From positions 6,124 through 70,123 of the forward strand of contig DAOQYW010000007.1 of assembly GCA_035343375.1 (NCBI GenBank): a DNA stretch of 64,000 nucleotides, in the 5' to 3' direction. The DNA is from Bacteroidales bacterium (lineage in GTDB: Bacteria > Bacteroidota > Bacteroidia > Bacteroidales > ML635J-15). This document shows positions 54,662 through 64,000 of the stretch, one piece after another. Made by a program: the position numbers and the translations under genes. Within the stretch, counting starts at the first letter, position 1; every line of letters starts with the position of its first letter. The notes under the pieces are model-generated. The model was not told the DNA's origin. It saw only the letters and a program-made list of their open reading frames with translations, and did no database searches.

Positions 54662-56899
54662 TTATTCAAACCATTTACGCATTATTTTTAAAATATCATC
54701 CTCAGTATATGGTTTTGAAATATAATCATTACATCCAGTATTTAGAGCTTTTTGTTTTTCTTCATTTAAGGCATAAGCGGTTTGAGCAATAATAATTATA
54801 TCCTTGTTTAGATTTCGTATTTTTTTAGTAAGTTCATATCCGTCAATACCTGGCAATTTCATATCCATAAAAATTACGTCAGCATCAGAATGCTTTTTAT
54901 ATAGTTCCAGTGCGTCATCTCCGTTTGTGGTAGTAAGTATTTGATTACTAATAGGCTCAAGAAACTTTTTTAACAAAGATATAGCATCATCACTATCGTC
55001 AACAACCATTATCTTAAGTCCTTTTTTAATTTTATTTGTTGTATCTGAGTTGTTTTCTTTAATGTTTTCTATAGTTTTTGAATCAACTTTTTTATAACTT
55101 ATCGTGAAGTGAAAAACGGTACCAATATCAGGGGTACTTTCCGCCCAAATTTTGCCTCCGAGCATAGTTACATAAGCTGAAGATATTGATAATCCTAATC
55201 CTGCACCTTCATATCCACGACTATGAGAATTACTTGCTTGTCTGAATCTTTCAAATATTAACTCAAGCTGGTCTTGTGGAATTCCCTTGCCTGTGTCTTT
55301 TACATAAAATTCAACAAACTTTCCTTTCTTTTGACAGCCAAATTCAATACTTCCTTGTTTTGTAAACTTTATTGCATTTTTTATTAAATTGGTAAGTATC
55401 GCATACAATTTTTCTGAATCCGTTTTTATATGAGATTCTTCCGGGGTTAAAGAGTTATTACAAATCAACTTAATGCCGTTTTGTGTTGCTTCAGGTAAAA
55501 AGAATGCATATTGATTTTCCATTACAGAATTAATATCTGTATCTGAAAAATAAACTTGCATCTGACCTGATTCAATTTTGGAAATATCAATAATATCGTT
55601 GATAATATTCAACATTCTCATTCCGCTCTTTTCTATCAAACTAATGTATTCCTTTTGTTTTTCGCCTGTTAGGTTTGGTCTTTTTAATAAACTCGCAAAG
55701 CCTATTATTCCATTCATTGGCGTACGAATTTCGTGACTCATATTGGACAAAAATGCCGATTTAAGTTGATCGCTTTCTTCGGCTTTCTCTTTAGCTTTAA
55801 TAAGTTCGTTTTCGGTATGTTTTCTACTAGTTATATCTCTCGTTACACCATGAATCCCAATCAGTGTACCTGCTTCATCTAAATATGGTGTTACTATAAG
55901 TTCTCCCCATTTGGTAGAACCATCTTTACAAATATATTCCATTTCAAGAATACTCGTGTATTTATTGTTTTTCTCTTTAGCGTTCAAAAAATTTTTAACC
56001 TCATTTTCCAATATTTTCTTGCCTGCTATAGCCGATTCCAAAGTAAATCTTTCATCAATTGTTTGATTCATGTATTCATCAACTGTAAAGCCTGTAAATG
56101 ATTCGATGGAAGGGGAGACAAATAAGCTTTTGCCTTTAAAATCCATAAGCCAAACGACATCTGTCATTTTTTCTGCTAGTTGTTTGTATTTGCTTTCGCT
56201 GCTACGCAAAGCCAATTCAGTATTCTTTCTTGCTTGCAATTCTTTTCTTAAAGATTTGTTTTTTGTCTTTATTATTAGAAGAAAAACAAGAAGAATTAAA
56301 AACAACAAAACAATTAATGAAGATTGAAATAGCTCATACAACATATTTTTTTTCCATAAAGCTGCATTAAAATCCATCCCGAAAACGGCAATAACTTCTT
56401 TATTTTCTTTATCCAAAACGGGCACCATTACGCTTACCCATGTTCCCCATCTGTCAGTAATAGGCTCTGAGATGATAGTACGGTTTTCGTAATATGGTAT
56501 ATAAACGCTGGAATCGGCTTCGACAAACTCCTGACCAGCAGGCGAATAATCAGGAGAATCTATGGGTTCTGAATCTGCAATAAAGAATATTTTACCTTCT
56601 CGCAGAGTATAAAGATATGTAAATCTCGATTCAGGATTTACTGTCATAAGTGCCCCTAATAGCTTTTTTAGCTCAAAATATTCTTTTTTATTCAGATCTG
56701 ATTTTGTTGCATTAAGGCTGTCGATCAATTCATGAGGTAACATTATCTCAATAGATTCGGCAATTCGTTGTATTCTAACAAGATTTTTTGTTTCTATTTT
56801 GTTCCAAGAATAGTTGAGATAAAAAAAACCTCCAATTATTGCAGCTATAAAAATTAGTATTTCCGGTAAGATATTTAAAAAGAATTTCTTTTTATTCAT
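54662..56899 (-). CDS. Hybrid sensor histidine kinase/response regulator with PAS domain
   Basis: TM-periplasmic Cache-like-TM; PAS (DVVWLMD..FVSPS..GVTRDIT); FLSNMSHEIRTPMNG; NAIKFT, DTGKG and GLGL boxes; REC domain (VVDD, FMDMKLP, SKP). Confidence 0.92.
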   Translation of the reverse strand: MNKKKFFLNILPEILIFIAAIIGGFFYLNYSWNKIETKNLVRIQRIAESIEIMLPHELIDSLNATKSDLNKKEYFELKKLLGALMTVNPESRFTYLYTLREGKIFFIADSEPIDSPDYSPAGQEFVEADSSVYIPYYENRTIISEPITDRWGTWVSVMVPVLDKENKEVIAVFGMDFNAALWKKNMLYELFQSSLIVLLFLILLVFLLIIKTKNKSLRKELQARKNTELALRSSESKYKQLAEKMTDVVWLMDFKGKSLFVSPSIESFTGFTVDEYMNQTIDERFTLESAIAGKKILENEVKNFLNAKEKNNKYTSILEMEYICKDGSTKWGELIVTPYLDEAGTLIGIHGVTRDITSRKHTENELIKAKEKAEESDQLKSAFLSNMSHEIRTPMNGIIGFASLLKRPNLTGEKQKEYISLIEKSGMRMLNIINDIIDISKIESGQMQVYFSDTDINSVMENQYAFFLPEATQNGIKLICNNSLTPEESHIKTDSEKLYAILTNLIKNAIKFTKQGSIEFGCQKKGKFVEFYVKDTGKGIPQDQLELIFERFRQASNSHSRGYEGAGLGLSISSAYVTMLGGKIWAESTPDIGTVFHFTISYKKVDSKTIENIKENNSDTTNKIKKGLKIMVVDDSDDAISLLKKFLEPISNQILTTTNGDDALELYKKHSDADVIFMDMKLPGIDGYELTKKIRNLNKDIIIIAQTAYALNEEKQKALNTGCNDYISKPYTEDDILKIMRKWFE

Positions 56900-57076
56900 A
56901 AATACTATTTTGAATTGTCTAACTGAAAAGTTTCAAATAATATGTACCAAAGTTAGATAAATTTATAATAAATACATATTTATTTAGTATTTATTTTTTT
57001 GTATGACCGAATTCTTGTATAGAAGAATATTTAGACATTATGACAAAATCTTTACTAGTCGGAAGAGAACTGGCAT

Positions 57077-57991
57077 TTACGACAATTTTAAACCGCCAAT
57101 AATTTCTTTTATATCTTTTATTCCGTTTCGTTTGCAGAAAACTTCCAAACCGTGGATTATCTTTACAGTAATGTCAGGTTCGATAAAATTTGCAGTTCCA
57201 ATTTGAATGCATGATGCACCGGCCAGTAAGAATTCAAATGCATCTTCAGTTGTCATTATGCCCCCCAAGCCGCATATAGGTATTTTTACAACTTTGGATA
57301 CTTGCCAAACCATTCTGATAGCTATGGGTTTAATTGCTGGTCCAGAAAGTCCTCCTGTAACTGTCGATAGCTTGGGCTTTCTGGTTTTTACATCAATAGC
57401 CATTCCGAGAAGAGTATTGATTAATGATATACTATCAGCTCCGTTATCTTCTGCCGTTTTAGCAATTGAAGCAATGTCTGTTACATTTGGAGAAAGTTTG
57501 ACCATTAGGTGCTTTTTGTAAACTTTTCTTACAGCTTTAATAACTTCTGATGCTGCATCACAACTTGTCCCAAAAGCCATTCCACCTTCTTTTACATTTG
57601 GACAGGATATATTTAATTCTATAGCTGGAATATTATCGAGTTCATTAATCTTTTCAGAAGTCTTAACATAATCTTCTATTGTTGAACCACTTACGTTAAC
57701 AATGATATTAGTCTTATAATCTTTGATTGAAGGATAAATGTCATTACAAAATACATCAACTCCTTTGTTTTGTAAACCCACTGCATTTAGCATTCCTGAA
57801 GGCGTTTCGGCCATTCTTGGATACGGATTGCCTTCTCTGTGTTTTAACGTTGTGCCCTTAACAATAAAACCACCCAATTGATTTAAATTGATAAAATCGG
57901 CAAATTCGTTACCATAGCCAAATGTTCCTGAGGCTGTTAATACCGGATTCTTTAACTTTAATCCGTTAAAGTCTATTTCAAGATTTACCAT
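57077..57991 (-). CDS. pyrD: Dihydroorotate dehydrogenase B, catalytic subunit
   Basis: [47 protein letters not shown] and [10 protein letters not shown]. Confidence 0.95.
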   Translation of the reverse strand: MVNLEIDFNGLKLKNPVLTASGTFGYGNEFADFINLNQLGGFIVKGTTLKHREGNPYPRMAETPSGMLNAVGLQNKGVDVFCNDIYPSIKDYKTNIIVNVSGSTIEDYVKTSEKINELDNIPAIELNISCPNVKEGGMAFGTSCDAASEVIKAVRKVYKKHLMVKLSPNVTDIASIAKTAEDNGADSISLINTLLGMAIDVKTRKPKLSTVTGGLSGPAIKPIAIRMVWQVSKVVKIPICGLGGIMTTEDAFEFLLAGASCIQIGTANFIEPDITVKIIHGLEVFCKRNGIKDIKEIIGGLKLS

Positions 57992-58755
57992 ATAAGATCT
58001 TTAGTATTAAATACCGGACCTTCTGTACATACACATTTATGACCGGTTGTTGTATTTTGAACGCAACATAAACAAGCTCCTATGCCACAAGCCATCATGT
58101 TTTCTAAAGAGACTTCGCAATCAATATTTTTGGCTTTTGCACGAGCTGCAACATTCTTTAACATTGCCTCAGGCCCACATGCATAGATTTTTTTAAAATT
58201 GAAACTGTCACTACTAAATAGTGAATGATCTAAAACAGTCCCTTTTTCTCCAAAACTTCCATCTTCAGTAGTGTAAAATACATTTCCGTATTTTCCGAAT
58301 TTCTCTTTTCTTAAAATACTTTCTTTATCTCTGTAGCCTAGTAGCAAAGTAGGCATAAACCCAAATTGCATAAAGTATTTGGCAGTATATAACATTGGTG
58401 CGACCCCGCATCCGCCACCAATTAATAATACTTTGTCCATTATTGGCAGCGAAAAAGAATTGCCTAATGGGAAGATTAGATTTATTAATTCGCCTGCTTT
58501 TAATTCTGATAATTTTTCGGTTCCTTTTCCGGCAATTCTGATTAGTAAAGTGATAGTGTTTTTTTCATAGTTTACATCATGAATGCTTATCGGTCGCCTT
58601 AAAAATGTAGATGATGAATCCGGGATTCTTACTTCTGCAAACTGTGCCGGCAGTATTGTCGTTAATTCATCTTCACTAAATAATTTTAAAATAAAATAGT
58701 CTTTGTTAAGTCTTAGGTTATAAACAATTTCGAAATCCTGAATGTACTTCTTCAT
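57985..58755 (-). CDS. pyrK: Dihydroorotate dehydrogenase electron transfer subunit
   Basis: [22 protein letters not shown] and [19 protein letters not shown]. Confidence 0.94.
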   Translation of the reverse strand: MKKYIQDFEIVYNLRLNKDYFILKLFSEDELTTILPAQFAEVRIPDSSSTFLRRPISIHDVNYEKNTITLLIRIAGKGTEKLSELKAGELINLIFPLGNSFSLPIMDKVLLIGGGCGVAPMLYTAKYFMQFGFMPTLLLGYRDKESILRKEKFGKYGNVFYTTEDGSFGEKGTVLDHSLFSSDSFNFKKIYACGPEAMLKNVAARAKAKNIDCEVSLENMMACGIGACLCCVQNTTTGHKCVCTEGPVFNTKDLIW

Positions 58756-58893
58756 ATTCTTAAATAATTATTGCAAATTTAATTTTTTATTTGTTTTTTA
58801 CTAGCGTTTTTAAAAATGTTAAGAAAAATCTGTAAAAAAAATGCAGAATTTAGTTGATTTAATTATCATAGTCGAAATTTAAAATTTACTAAG

Positions 58894-60204
58894 ATGAAAA
58901 CTATAGCCTCATTATTGTTTGTGTCGTTACTAATATTCGTTTTTTCATGTAAAACGGAAAAAGAGACTTCAATAGGTATATCTAAAGATAATACTATTGT
59001 TGATAGTAATGAAAAATCGGATGTCATAGAAACAGTTAATTATAGTTCAATTGTTAGCGACTCAGGTTTTTCTGATGCAGGAGCAATTACAGATTTTTCT
59101 TTTAAAATATTTGCCAAGTTATGTGAGGATAGTAAAAATGAAAATATTTCTTTTTCGCCTGTTTCATTAAATATTGCAATGGGGATGCTTTACGGAGGAG
59201 CAATAGAGAATACTGCCTCAGAAATATCTGCCGTTTTCGGTTTCCAGAAAGATATACATGGGTTTCTGTCAGGGTTTTCAGATTATTTAAAGTATTTTAA
59301 TGAATTTGCTAACGATACAAGTTTGGATTTTAACTTAGCCAATCGAATTTTTCTCGAAAACACATATATAATAAAAGATGACTATCGCCAAATTATAAAA
59401 GATTATTTTAACGGTGCTTTTAAAAACGTTGATTTTAAGAATAACTTTAGAAGCGAGGAATCTCATATTAACTCATGGGTCAGCGAAATGACCAAGAATA
59501 GAATAAAAAATTTAATTCCGGAGGGAACTCTAGATGAAAGCACAAAAATGGTTTTGGTTAATGCCATTTATATTAAATCGAAATGGAAATATCCTTTTAG
59601 CAAGTCATCAACACAATCAAAGAGGTTTTATTCAACAAAAGAGGTTTCCACTAATACCGATTTCATGATTCAAAGAACAACCGGCGTTAAATATACCGAA
59701 TATAAATCTAACCAGGTTTTAGAATTGCCATATACTTCACCTGAATTGTCATTGATAATAATATTGCCTAGAAATTCGGATTTGCAAAATATTAGTTCTT
59801 ATATACCTGGCGGAGCAGAGTATTTTGAAATTATCAATAATTTGAGATTTAATGATGTTTATATGGAAATCCCAAAATTTAAAATTGAATCATCGTTTAA
59901 GTTGGCAGATGTCTTAAAGTCAATGGGAGTAAAGGATGCTTTTGATAATCCGAATTTCTCAGGCGTATCACATGCAAACGATCTTGCAATAAGTGAAGTA
60001 TTGCAAAAGGTGTTTTTCGAAATTGACGAAAAAGGTTCTGAAGCCGCAGCAGCAACAGCCATTGTTATGGTGGCTACATCATCGGCAATGCCACAGGAAA
60101 CGGATTTATTTATAAACTTTATAGCAAACCGTCCTTTTATTTATATTTTAAAAGAAAATAAGTTTAATACTCCATTGTTTATAGGGCAATACGTCAAACC
60201 ATAA
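58894..60204 (+). CDS. Serpin family lipoprotein
   Basis: Lipobox IFVFSC; NISFSPVSL, INSWVSEMT, MVLVNAIYIKSKW, LPY, IILP, hinge EKGSEAAAATA and FIANRPFIY. Confidence 0.93.
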   Translation: MKTIASLLFVSLLIFVFSCKTEKETSIGISKDNTIVDSNEKSDVIETVNYSSIVSDSGFSDAGAITDFSFKIFAKLCEDSKNENISFSPVSLNIAMGMLYGGAIENTASEISAVFGFQKDIHGFLSGFSDYLKYFNEFANDTSLDFNLANRIFLENTYIIKDDYRQIIKDYFNGAFKNVDFKNNFRSEESHINSWVSEMTKNRIKNLIPEGTLDESTKMVLVNAIYIKSKWKYPFSKSSTQSKRFYSTKEVSTNTDFMIQRTTGVKYTEYKSNQVLELPYTSPELSLIIILPRNSDLQNISSYIPGGAEYFEIINNLRFNDVYMEIPKFKIESSFKLADVLKSMGVKDAFDNPNFSGVSHANDLAISEVLQKVFFEIDEKGSEAAAATAIVMVATSSAMPQETDLFINFIANRPFIYILKENKFNTPLFIGQYVKP

Positions 60205-60271
60205 AGAAAAATAGATTGCGATTAAATAGATTTATTTAGTATTTTTGAATGATAATTAAAAATCATTCTAG

Positions 60272-62527
60272 ATGAAAAAACTATTTTCTATTTCTCTTTT
60301 GCTGGTAATATCAATTGTTAGCTTTTCGCAGGATTATTATTGGGTATATCTTAATGATAAAGCCGGAACCACATTTAACCCTTATGATTATTTTGATCAA
60401 AAAGCAATTGACAGGCGTATTAAAAACGGACTTTCGCTATATGATATAACTGATTATCCGCTTTGTGATGCATATAAGACTGAAATTGAGAAGTCAGTTG
60501 ATGAAATAGTTGGCGAAAGCAGATGGTTTAATGCTGTTGCAGTTTATGCGAATAAAGAGGATATCTTAAAAGTATCACAATTGGATTTTGTAAAAGATAT
60601 TGTGGTTATAGAAAATGATATGCAATTGGCATCCAATAAGGACGAAGTTGCTGTATATGACCAACTTAGTGATGATGATTTAAGGTCACAGTTGAAGAGG
60701 ATGGGAGGCGAGTGGTTTATTAATTCCGGCATTGATGGTAAAGGATTGAGAATAGCTGTTTTTGATGGGGGATTTCCGGGCGTTGATACTCATAAATCAT
60801 TTGAACATTTGAGAACTAATAATCAAATTATTAAAACCTGGAATTTTCCGAAGAAAAAGGAAGATGTGTACGGTTGGAATAGTCATGGCACAATGGTTTT
60901 AAGTTGTATTGCAGGATTCGCAACCGAAGGCAACAAAATGGGATTGGCAACAGGTTCAGAGTTTTTGCTGGCTAGAACTGAAGTTGGAGCAGAACCTGCA
61001 AAAGAAGAGGTTTGGTGGATGATGGCTGTTGAATGGGCAGATAAAAATGGAGCAGACATAATAAATTCTTCATTAGGCTATGGAGCAGATAGACACAGGA
61101 CTAAAGACATGGATGGTAAAACTTGTCTGGTTACAAGAGCAGCAAATATGGCAGCATCAAAAGGTATTTTGGTTTGTAACGCTATGGGAAACGAAGGTGA
61201 TGACAAAACTTGGATAACTCTTGGCGCTCCGGCTGATGCAGACAGTATTTTGTCTGTCGGCGGTATTGAACCTACCAGCGATTTTCATATTTCTTTTTCT
61301 TCTTATGGACCAACTGCAGATGGAAGACTAAAACCAAATGTTGTGGCTTATGGATATGCTATGGTGGCGAAAAAAGACGGATTTGCTTATGCTTACGGGA
61401 CTTCTTTTTCCAGCCCTTTGGTTGCCGGATTTGTTGCTTGTGCATGGCAAACCAAGCCTGAGCTAAATGCAATGGAAATGAAAGCTGAAATTGAAAAATC
61501 AGGAGACAGTTATCCATACTTTGATTATGCTATTGGCTATGGTGTACCGCAAGCAGAATATTTTATGAATAAGAATAGACCGGCAAAAGAAAAATCATTT
61601 GCAATTACAGAAGAAGACACTGTAATTATAATAACACCGATACAAGCTAATCAAGAAAATATACAGAGAATTTATTATCATATAAGAAATGCTACCGGAC
61701 TGATTGAGTATTATGAACACACTGAATACTATCATCAAACGGAAAATAAAGCTATCTGCATTAACAAATCTGCTTTAAATGGAGGTAAAATATTGTCTGT
61801 TTGCAGCAATGGCTTTACTGAAGAATACATTTCGAATGATTCCAATAAGCCGCAAAATATTATTGAAAGTCCTTCTGTACTAAACGAACATTACGCATGG
61901 TTGTCAAAGATTCCGGCAATTGACAAACCTTCAAAGTTCGGGGTAAATGCAGGTTTTATAATCCAACCTTATTTTTCTTTTAGCCACTTCTTGCCATCTG
62001 TTCCTGTAAATTATGACTTAAGTTATTTTAAATCAGGTTCATATAATTTTGGACTTCGTTATAAACAGAATATTGTAAAGTGGTATAGTTTAGGCTGTAA
62101 TATTGAGTGGAGCAGCTCAAATATAAGATTATTGAATTTTGTTGATTGGCAGACTGTTTACGGCTTTGTAAGTTATAAAGCAAAAGAAAAGTTCTATTTT
62201 CATAGTCTTAATTTTGAAATTTATCAGCGTCTAAGACTATTGCCTTCAGGATTGTTAGGTTTTGGTCTATTTTGGGATACCGGAATCTACGGTCAGTACA
62301 TAATGGGAGCAGGTTATTATTACAAAATTAAAACTGAATCTACAGTAATCCAATCAAAACAATCATTTGAGGACTTTGTTCAACCACATTATGGGATCAG
62401 AACACGAATTGGTTACGGAGTTTTGTCAATATATGCCCAATACAGGTTAAGCGATTTTATTCTCGAAAGTTATGAGATACCGAAACTGGAAGCCGGATTT
62501 GAAATAACGATTCCTGTAAGTATGTAA
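60272..62527 (+). CDS. S8 subtilase with C-terminal outer-membrane beta-barrel-like domain
   Basis: Signal peptide; triad IAVFDGGF / SHGTMVLS / GTSFSSP; oxyanion NAMGNEG; KPNV; C-terminal ~200 aa of amphipathic strands. Confidence 0.88.
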   Translation: MKKLFSISLLLVISIVSFSQDYYWVYLNDKAGTTFNPYDYFDQKAIDRRIKNGLSLYDITDYPLCDAYKTEIEKSVDEIVGESRWFNAVAVYANKEDILKVSQLDFVKDIVVIENDMQLASNKDEVAVYDQLSDDDLRSQLKRMGGEWFINSGIDGKGLRIAVFDGGFPGVDTHKSFEHLRTNNQIIKTWNFPKKKEDVYGWNSHGTMVLSCIAGFATEGNKMGLATGSEFLLARTEVGAEPAKEEVWWMMAVEWADKNGADIINSSLGYGADRHRTKDMDGKTCLVTRAANMAASKGILVCNAMGNEGDDKTWITLGAPADADSILSVGGIEPTSDFHISFSSYGPTADGRLKPNVVAYGYAMVAKKDGFAYAYGTSFSSPLVAGFVACAWQTKPELNAMEMKAEIEKSGDSYPYFDYAIGYGVPQAEYFMNKNRPAKEKSFAITEEDTVIIITPIQANQENIQRIYYHIRNATGLIEYYEHTEYYHQTENKAICINKSALNGGKILSVCSNGFTEEYISNDSNKPQNIIESPSVLNEHYAWLSKIPAIDKPSKFGVNAGFIIQPYFSFSHFLPSVPVNYDLSYFKSGSYNFGLRYKQNIVKWYSLGCNIEWSSSNIRLLNFVDWQTVYGFVSYKAKEKFYFHSLNFEIYQRLRLLPSGLLGFGLFWDTGIYGQYIMGAGYYYKIKTESTVIQSKQSFEDFVQPHYGIRTRIGYGVLSIYAQYRLSDFILESYEIPKLEAGFEITIPVSM

Positions 62528-62729
62528 ATTATTAATCCAACTTTTGTAAGAATTATCCAAGTTGGTTCAATATAATGAAATTATGACATTTTTTATATTG
62601 TAATTTTTAATTGCTTTTAATATTTTTGTTTTAGGGATTGGTTATTTAAGGCTAAGGATAAGGTAATTTTATTATTAGTTTTTATATACTTTTGTTTTTT
62701 GAAATATATTTATTGTTTTTTAATAAGTT

Positions 62730-64000
62730 ATGAATAAATTTTTTACTTTTCTTTTCTACGCATTATTTTTAATTGGACAAGTTCCCGCAACTTTTTCACA
62801 AGATGTACCAAGAGTTTCCGGTTTTGATTTTATTACAAAAAAAGGTTCGGCTAAGTCAATGCCGGCACCTTCTGAATATTGGCCATTGTTTGAGTCACAA
62901 ATACCTTATCAAGACAGTCTGGTAACGGGAGATGTCGCTATATTTTACGGCAATGGAAATACTACATTGGTAAATCCCGTTATAATAGTTGACGGATTTG
63001 ATCCGAATGATCTGAGGCCTATTGAAGGATTGTGGGATTTGGCAAATCAGCAGAATATGATTGACAGCTTAAGGACATTTGGAGACGATTTTATTCTTCT
63101 TAACTTCCATGCTGGTGCAGACTACATTCAGCGAAATGCCATGCTGGTTATAAATTTACTGGACACTGTTCAATATATTATGCAGCAATCTGGAACTTTT
63201 AAAGAAAATCCTCAAATTGTGGTTGTTGGTCCCAGTATGGGCGGATTGATTACAAGATATGCAATTACATATATGGAGTCAAATGATATGCATCACCATG
63301 TACGCAATTGGATTAGTTTTGATTCTCCTCATAAAGGAGCAAATATTCCTCTTGGTATTCAAAATTGGTTAAGATTTTTTGCAGAAGAGGCAGACTCTGA
63401 AGGTGCTGTTTTCGGTTTAGGTAAAATGAACTCAATTGCTGCCAAACAGATGCTTTTATATCATTATACTGCTACTGTGGATTCATTAGCAGGTCCCAAT
63501 CCTTTGAGGAATAATCTTGTTGATGACCTTACAGCTTTAGGATTTCCGCAGAATACAAGAATTGTTGCTGTTGCCAATGGCAGCGGGTTTGGTATTACTC
63601 AACCATTTGCTGCAGGAGAAAAAGTTGTTGACTATTATTACTCAGATTTTTTGGTTGATTTGCGTGGTGATATTTGGGCTATTCCCGATCAGTCTGTTAC
63701 CAAAATTTTTGACGGATTATATAATACTATAGCTCCTTTGGATGAAGTTATAGAACAGGTTTATGTAAAAAACACTCAATCGTATGATAATGCTCCCGGA
63801 GGCGATACTCCGACTTTTTGGGAAATAGCAGATACCGACCCGGGTTATGGCGATATAGTAGCTTTGTATGACAGCCATTGTTTTATCCCCACAATTAGTT
63901 CGCTATGCATTCTTAATACTAATGATCCTTTTTTTAACGTAGATCAAAATGCTGACAATATTATTACTCCTTTTGATGCTGTTTATTATCCATACGAAAA
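62730..64000 (+). CDS. Secreted alpha/beta-hydrolase (lipase/esterase, PGAP1-like); runs off the window end
   Basis: Not in the ORF track. ATG at 62730, MNKFFTFLF signal peptide, VIIVDGFDP, nucleophile elbow VVGPSMGGLITRY, SFDSPHKGANIPLG, HCFIPTISSL; open frame to 64000. Confidence 0.82.
   Translation, partial: MNKFFTFLFYALFLIGQVPATFSQDVPRVSGFDFITKKGSAKSMPAPSEYWPLFESQIPYQDSLVTGDVAIFYGNGNTTLVNPVIIVDGFDPNDLRPIEGLWDLANQQNMIDSLRTFGDDFILLNFHAGADYIQRNAMLVINLLDTVQYIMQQSGTFKENPQIVVVGPSMGGLITRYAITYMESNDMHHHVRNWISFDSPHKGANIPLGIQNWLRFFAEEADSEGAVFGLGKMNSIAAKQMLLYHYTATVDSLAGPNPLRNNLVDDLTALGFPQNTRIVAVANGSGFGITQPFAAGEKVVDYYYSDFLVDLRGDIWAIPDQSVTKIFDGLYNTIAPLDEVIEQVYVKNTQSYDNAPGGDTPTFWEIADTDPGYGDIVALYDSHCFIPTISSLCILNTNDPFFNVDQNADNIITPFDAVYYPYE

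Overview
AT-rich (roughly 30% GC by eye) chromosomal segment of a Bacteroidota bacterium, probably Bacteroidales. The evidence for this is T9SS C-terminal domains, TAnnTTTG -7 promoter boxes, a Bacteroidales-type nqrA-F/apbE operon and dapB-lepB-lepB'-wbqC synteny. Most of the window is housekeeping: clpC, gyrA, aroA/aroC, an AddB-like nuclease, purB, nnr, nqrABCDEF-apbE, lepB, dapB and pyrK/pyrD, plus envelope and secreted proteins. Two ORFs run off the window edges and are absent from the ORF track: an alpha-2-macroglobulin-like gene at <1..1517 and an alpha/beta-hydrolase at 62730..>64000. The most unusual locus is 51488..53386. There an intact HUH/Y1 REP-associated tyrosine transposase (RAYT-like) sits in a mirror-symmetric 3+3 array of 27-bp GC-rich palindromes. 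The spacers between these palindromes include copies of the transposase gene's own 5' and 3' ends, and a seventh palindrome plus a shared ~36-bp flank brackets a passenger outer-membrane gene. Other notable items are a secreted T9SS-like/FN3-peptide deformylase fusion with a tandem-repeated -7 promoter box, a subtilase fused to a C-terminal beta-barrel next to a miropin-like serpin, and a signal peptidase paralogue lacking its catalytic residues. No tRNA, rRNA, CRISPR array or cas gene was recognised. All family assignments are from motif recognition by eye, not database searches.
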